DNA from: Okamejei kenojei
Lineage: Eukaryota
DNA: 64,000 nucleotides
Assembly: GCA_035221665.1 (NCBI GenBank)
Contig: CM069164.1
Span: forward strand, 14,012,001-14,076,000
Direction: 5' to 3'
A program made the position numbers and the translations under genes. The notes under the pieces were generated by a model, which saw nothing but the letters and a program-made list of their open reading frames with translations, had not been told where the DNA came from and did not search any database. Positions within the stretch are counted from its first letter, which is position 1; each line of letters begins with the position of its first letter. Of the stretch, positions 61,713 through 64,000 are shown one piece after another.

Positions 61713-63412
61713 ACCGCCCGAGAATAGAACTCTTGCAAGAATAGAGAAACATGAAAAACAGAAAAATCAGTTATATATATATTTTTTTAAATTGCATTTA
61801 AATTCAAAGACCAATTACACACAAGGTGCGATCAAAGACCGGCAGATCAAAGTGAGCGAAGAAACTCCAAAGTGGGGATGAAAGAACTCGGATTAAATAG
61901 ATTCCTGTCCCTTTGCTGGTAGATCGTTATACAAGAAAATTAAAAATACTGTTAATACATTAACTTGCCTAATGATGCAAAAAAAAAGACTATTCAATGA
62001 GAATGCAAGGAGGAAGATTCCACTCAGTCTTCTGCACCTTTCAATACATCAAAGAGCATAGTCAAGGCACCGATAATTAGGAAGGGTAATATGATCAAAA
62101 GTAGATGCGATGAATTGCATTTAAACAGGCTTAATCACTTCTTATACCTACACGAGTCCAGTTGCAATCACATTTCATTACTTTCAAAGGATTCTCCTTT
62201 TTGATATTCACTCACTGCTCTATTCCCAGCAAGCATTTTTTCTTTTCCCCAAGAATTAATTGCAGAGATTCATCTCGTGTGGGTTCCCCCCCCCCCTGAA
62301 GAGCAATACATTTCAAAACTGCTCACACATTTTGAAAATGTTTGCAGAGTGTATGGTGCAATTAAAGGAGGCAGTGGCAGCAGTGTCATCTCAGCCAACA
62401 ATAGATGCACCCTCAGCAGCGACAACACTAATCTAACATCACGGGCCTTGGTAAATCCACCTGCGTCATGCAGAGATGCACAGAGAGGCACGTCAGCAAC
62501 TAGAGCAGTGGATTAGACCCCTGGTGAAAAGCAACTGGAGAATTCAGGCTTCTTAATGGCACGGCACGCTACCAATTCAGGCCTCCTGATTATCTCCAAT
62601 GTTAATTGTCCTGCCAAGGAAGAGGACAAAGTGTAAGGCAGATCAGCCATGATTATTGTGAATGGTGGGGTAGGCTCGAGAGGCCTGCTCCCAATTCCTC
62701 ATGTTTACAGAGCAACTTTAGTGCCTTTAACTATCCCAAAGTGCGACACAAAAGCGCGTCAAACAAAGCCAGTGTCAAACCATTTCAGGAGATATTGGAG
62801 AAGACGGCCGTGTGACTGAGGTGGAATTTAACGAGTGTCATAGGAGGAAGGAAGGCAAGAGAAGCAGAGAGGGTCATTTTGAACTAATGGACAAAATAAT
62901 TTCACAGAGGGAGAGCATCTCTGGAATTCTCACCAGCAGGGGTTTGTGGAGGCAGGACTACTGGAGCTGTCTAAAGTAGTGGCAAATCTGTGAAAGACCA
63001 GGGGATTGGCACAGATGAGAAGCCGTGGCAAGGGGTAGATCACCAGTGATTGTACTAAACAGCAGGGCTAATGCTGCTCGGCCTACTGAGCATTCTCAGC
63101 ATTTTCCATTTCATGTCGTATTTCCAGCATCTTCAGTTTTTTACATTTCTTCTTGTCCTTCTACAGAGGCAACAATAAATAAATGCTTCAATGTGCTCAG
63201 ACGCAGCTCCCATTGCTTGACAGAACCCAAACGTGGAATCAATGAACCGTGTGAAATCATTGAGCTCGTCCAAGTTTCAAACTATCAGTTTGAGCTGAAA
63301 CCCTCGATGATAGTGAGCGAGTGTGTGTGTGTGTGTGTGTGTGTGTGCTGGGTCTTTCATTAGGCCTCTGATGCTGGACTCAGCCACACCAGGAGTGAAG
63401 GCAGAATGCAAG

Positions 63413-63690
63413 AGTGGTGCAGCGGTAGAGTTGCTGCCTTACAGATCGCCACACCCGGGTTCTATCCAGACTACGGGTGCTGTCTGTATGGAGTTTTACA
63501 CCCTCCCCGTGACCATGTGGGTTTTCCCTGGGTGCTCCAGTTTCCTCTCACACTCCAAAGATGCACAGGATTGGAGGGTAAATGCCTTCTGTAAAATTGC
63601 ACATTGCCCTGTGTGTCGGATAGTGCGAGTGTAAGTGTTAATTGGCATGGACTCAGAGGGCCTGCTTTACACTTTGTATCTCTAAAGTCG
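63413..63690 (+). mobile_element. HE1-like SINE
   Basis: GTGGTGCAGCGGTAGAGTTGCTGCC head, core and tail. Confidence 0.85.
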
Positions 63691-63749
63691 AAATCTCACT
63701 GCTTCTCCCTCTCGCCCTTTATAAAACATCTCAAATCCCATCACTCTTT

Positions 63750-63915
63750 ATGCTTTCAAGAAAGAGCTAGATAGGGCTCTTAAAAATAGCGGAATCAGGG
63801 GATATGGGGAGAAGGCAGGAACAGGGTACTGATTGGGGATAATCAGCCATGATCACATTGAATGGCGGTGCTGGCTCAAAGGGCCAAATGGCCTACTCCT
63901 GCACCTATTGTCTAC
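63750..63915 (+). mobile_element. CR1 (HER1-like) LINE 3' end
   Basis: GAGCTAGATAGGGCTCTT..GGCCTACTCCTGCACCTATTGTCTA. Confidence 0.88.
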
Positions 63916-64000
63916 TCTGGCCCAAGCATTTGCATCTTGTCCCAACATCTCCTTTCTGGAAAATAGGGTCTTTCATCATCCATCTCAGTGTCAAGTTTAG

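Overview
This is eukaryotic, repeat-dominated DNA with the repeat complement of a cartilaginous fish, most likely a skate or ray. It carries many tRNA-derived HE1/V-SINE-like copies, CR1 (HER1-like) 3' ends, Deu-domain SINE relics, Rex1/Babar, L2, L1, RTE and Penelope-like fragments, and hAT, PIF/Harbinger and Tc1 DNA-transposon derivatives. I recognised no host protein-coding exon. Every ORF I could identify is a transposon fragment or a low-complexity artefact, so the window looks like a large intron or gene desert with a few repeat-poor islands. There are three N gaps. The main observations are: (1) about 20 short Penelope-derived units, many retaining a minimal hammerhead-ribozyme motif (CTGAAGA-stem-GAAACGTC), several with target-site duplications and several folded back at the ribozyme stem; (2) a 292-bp, 97%-identical inverted duplication of non-repeat-like sequence whose second copy interrupts an old Deu-SINE; (3) a hAT family with 8-bp TSDs, nested cargo and a doubled terminus. 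Family names come from motif recognition by eye, not database searches. Boundaries of degraded repeats are approximate.
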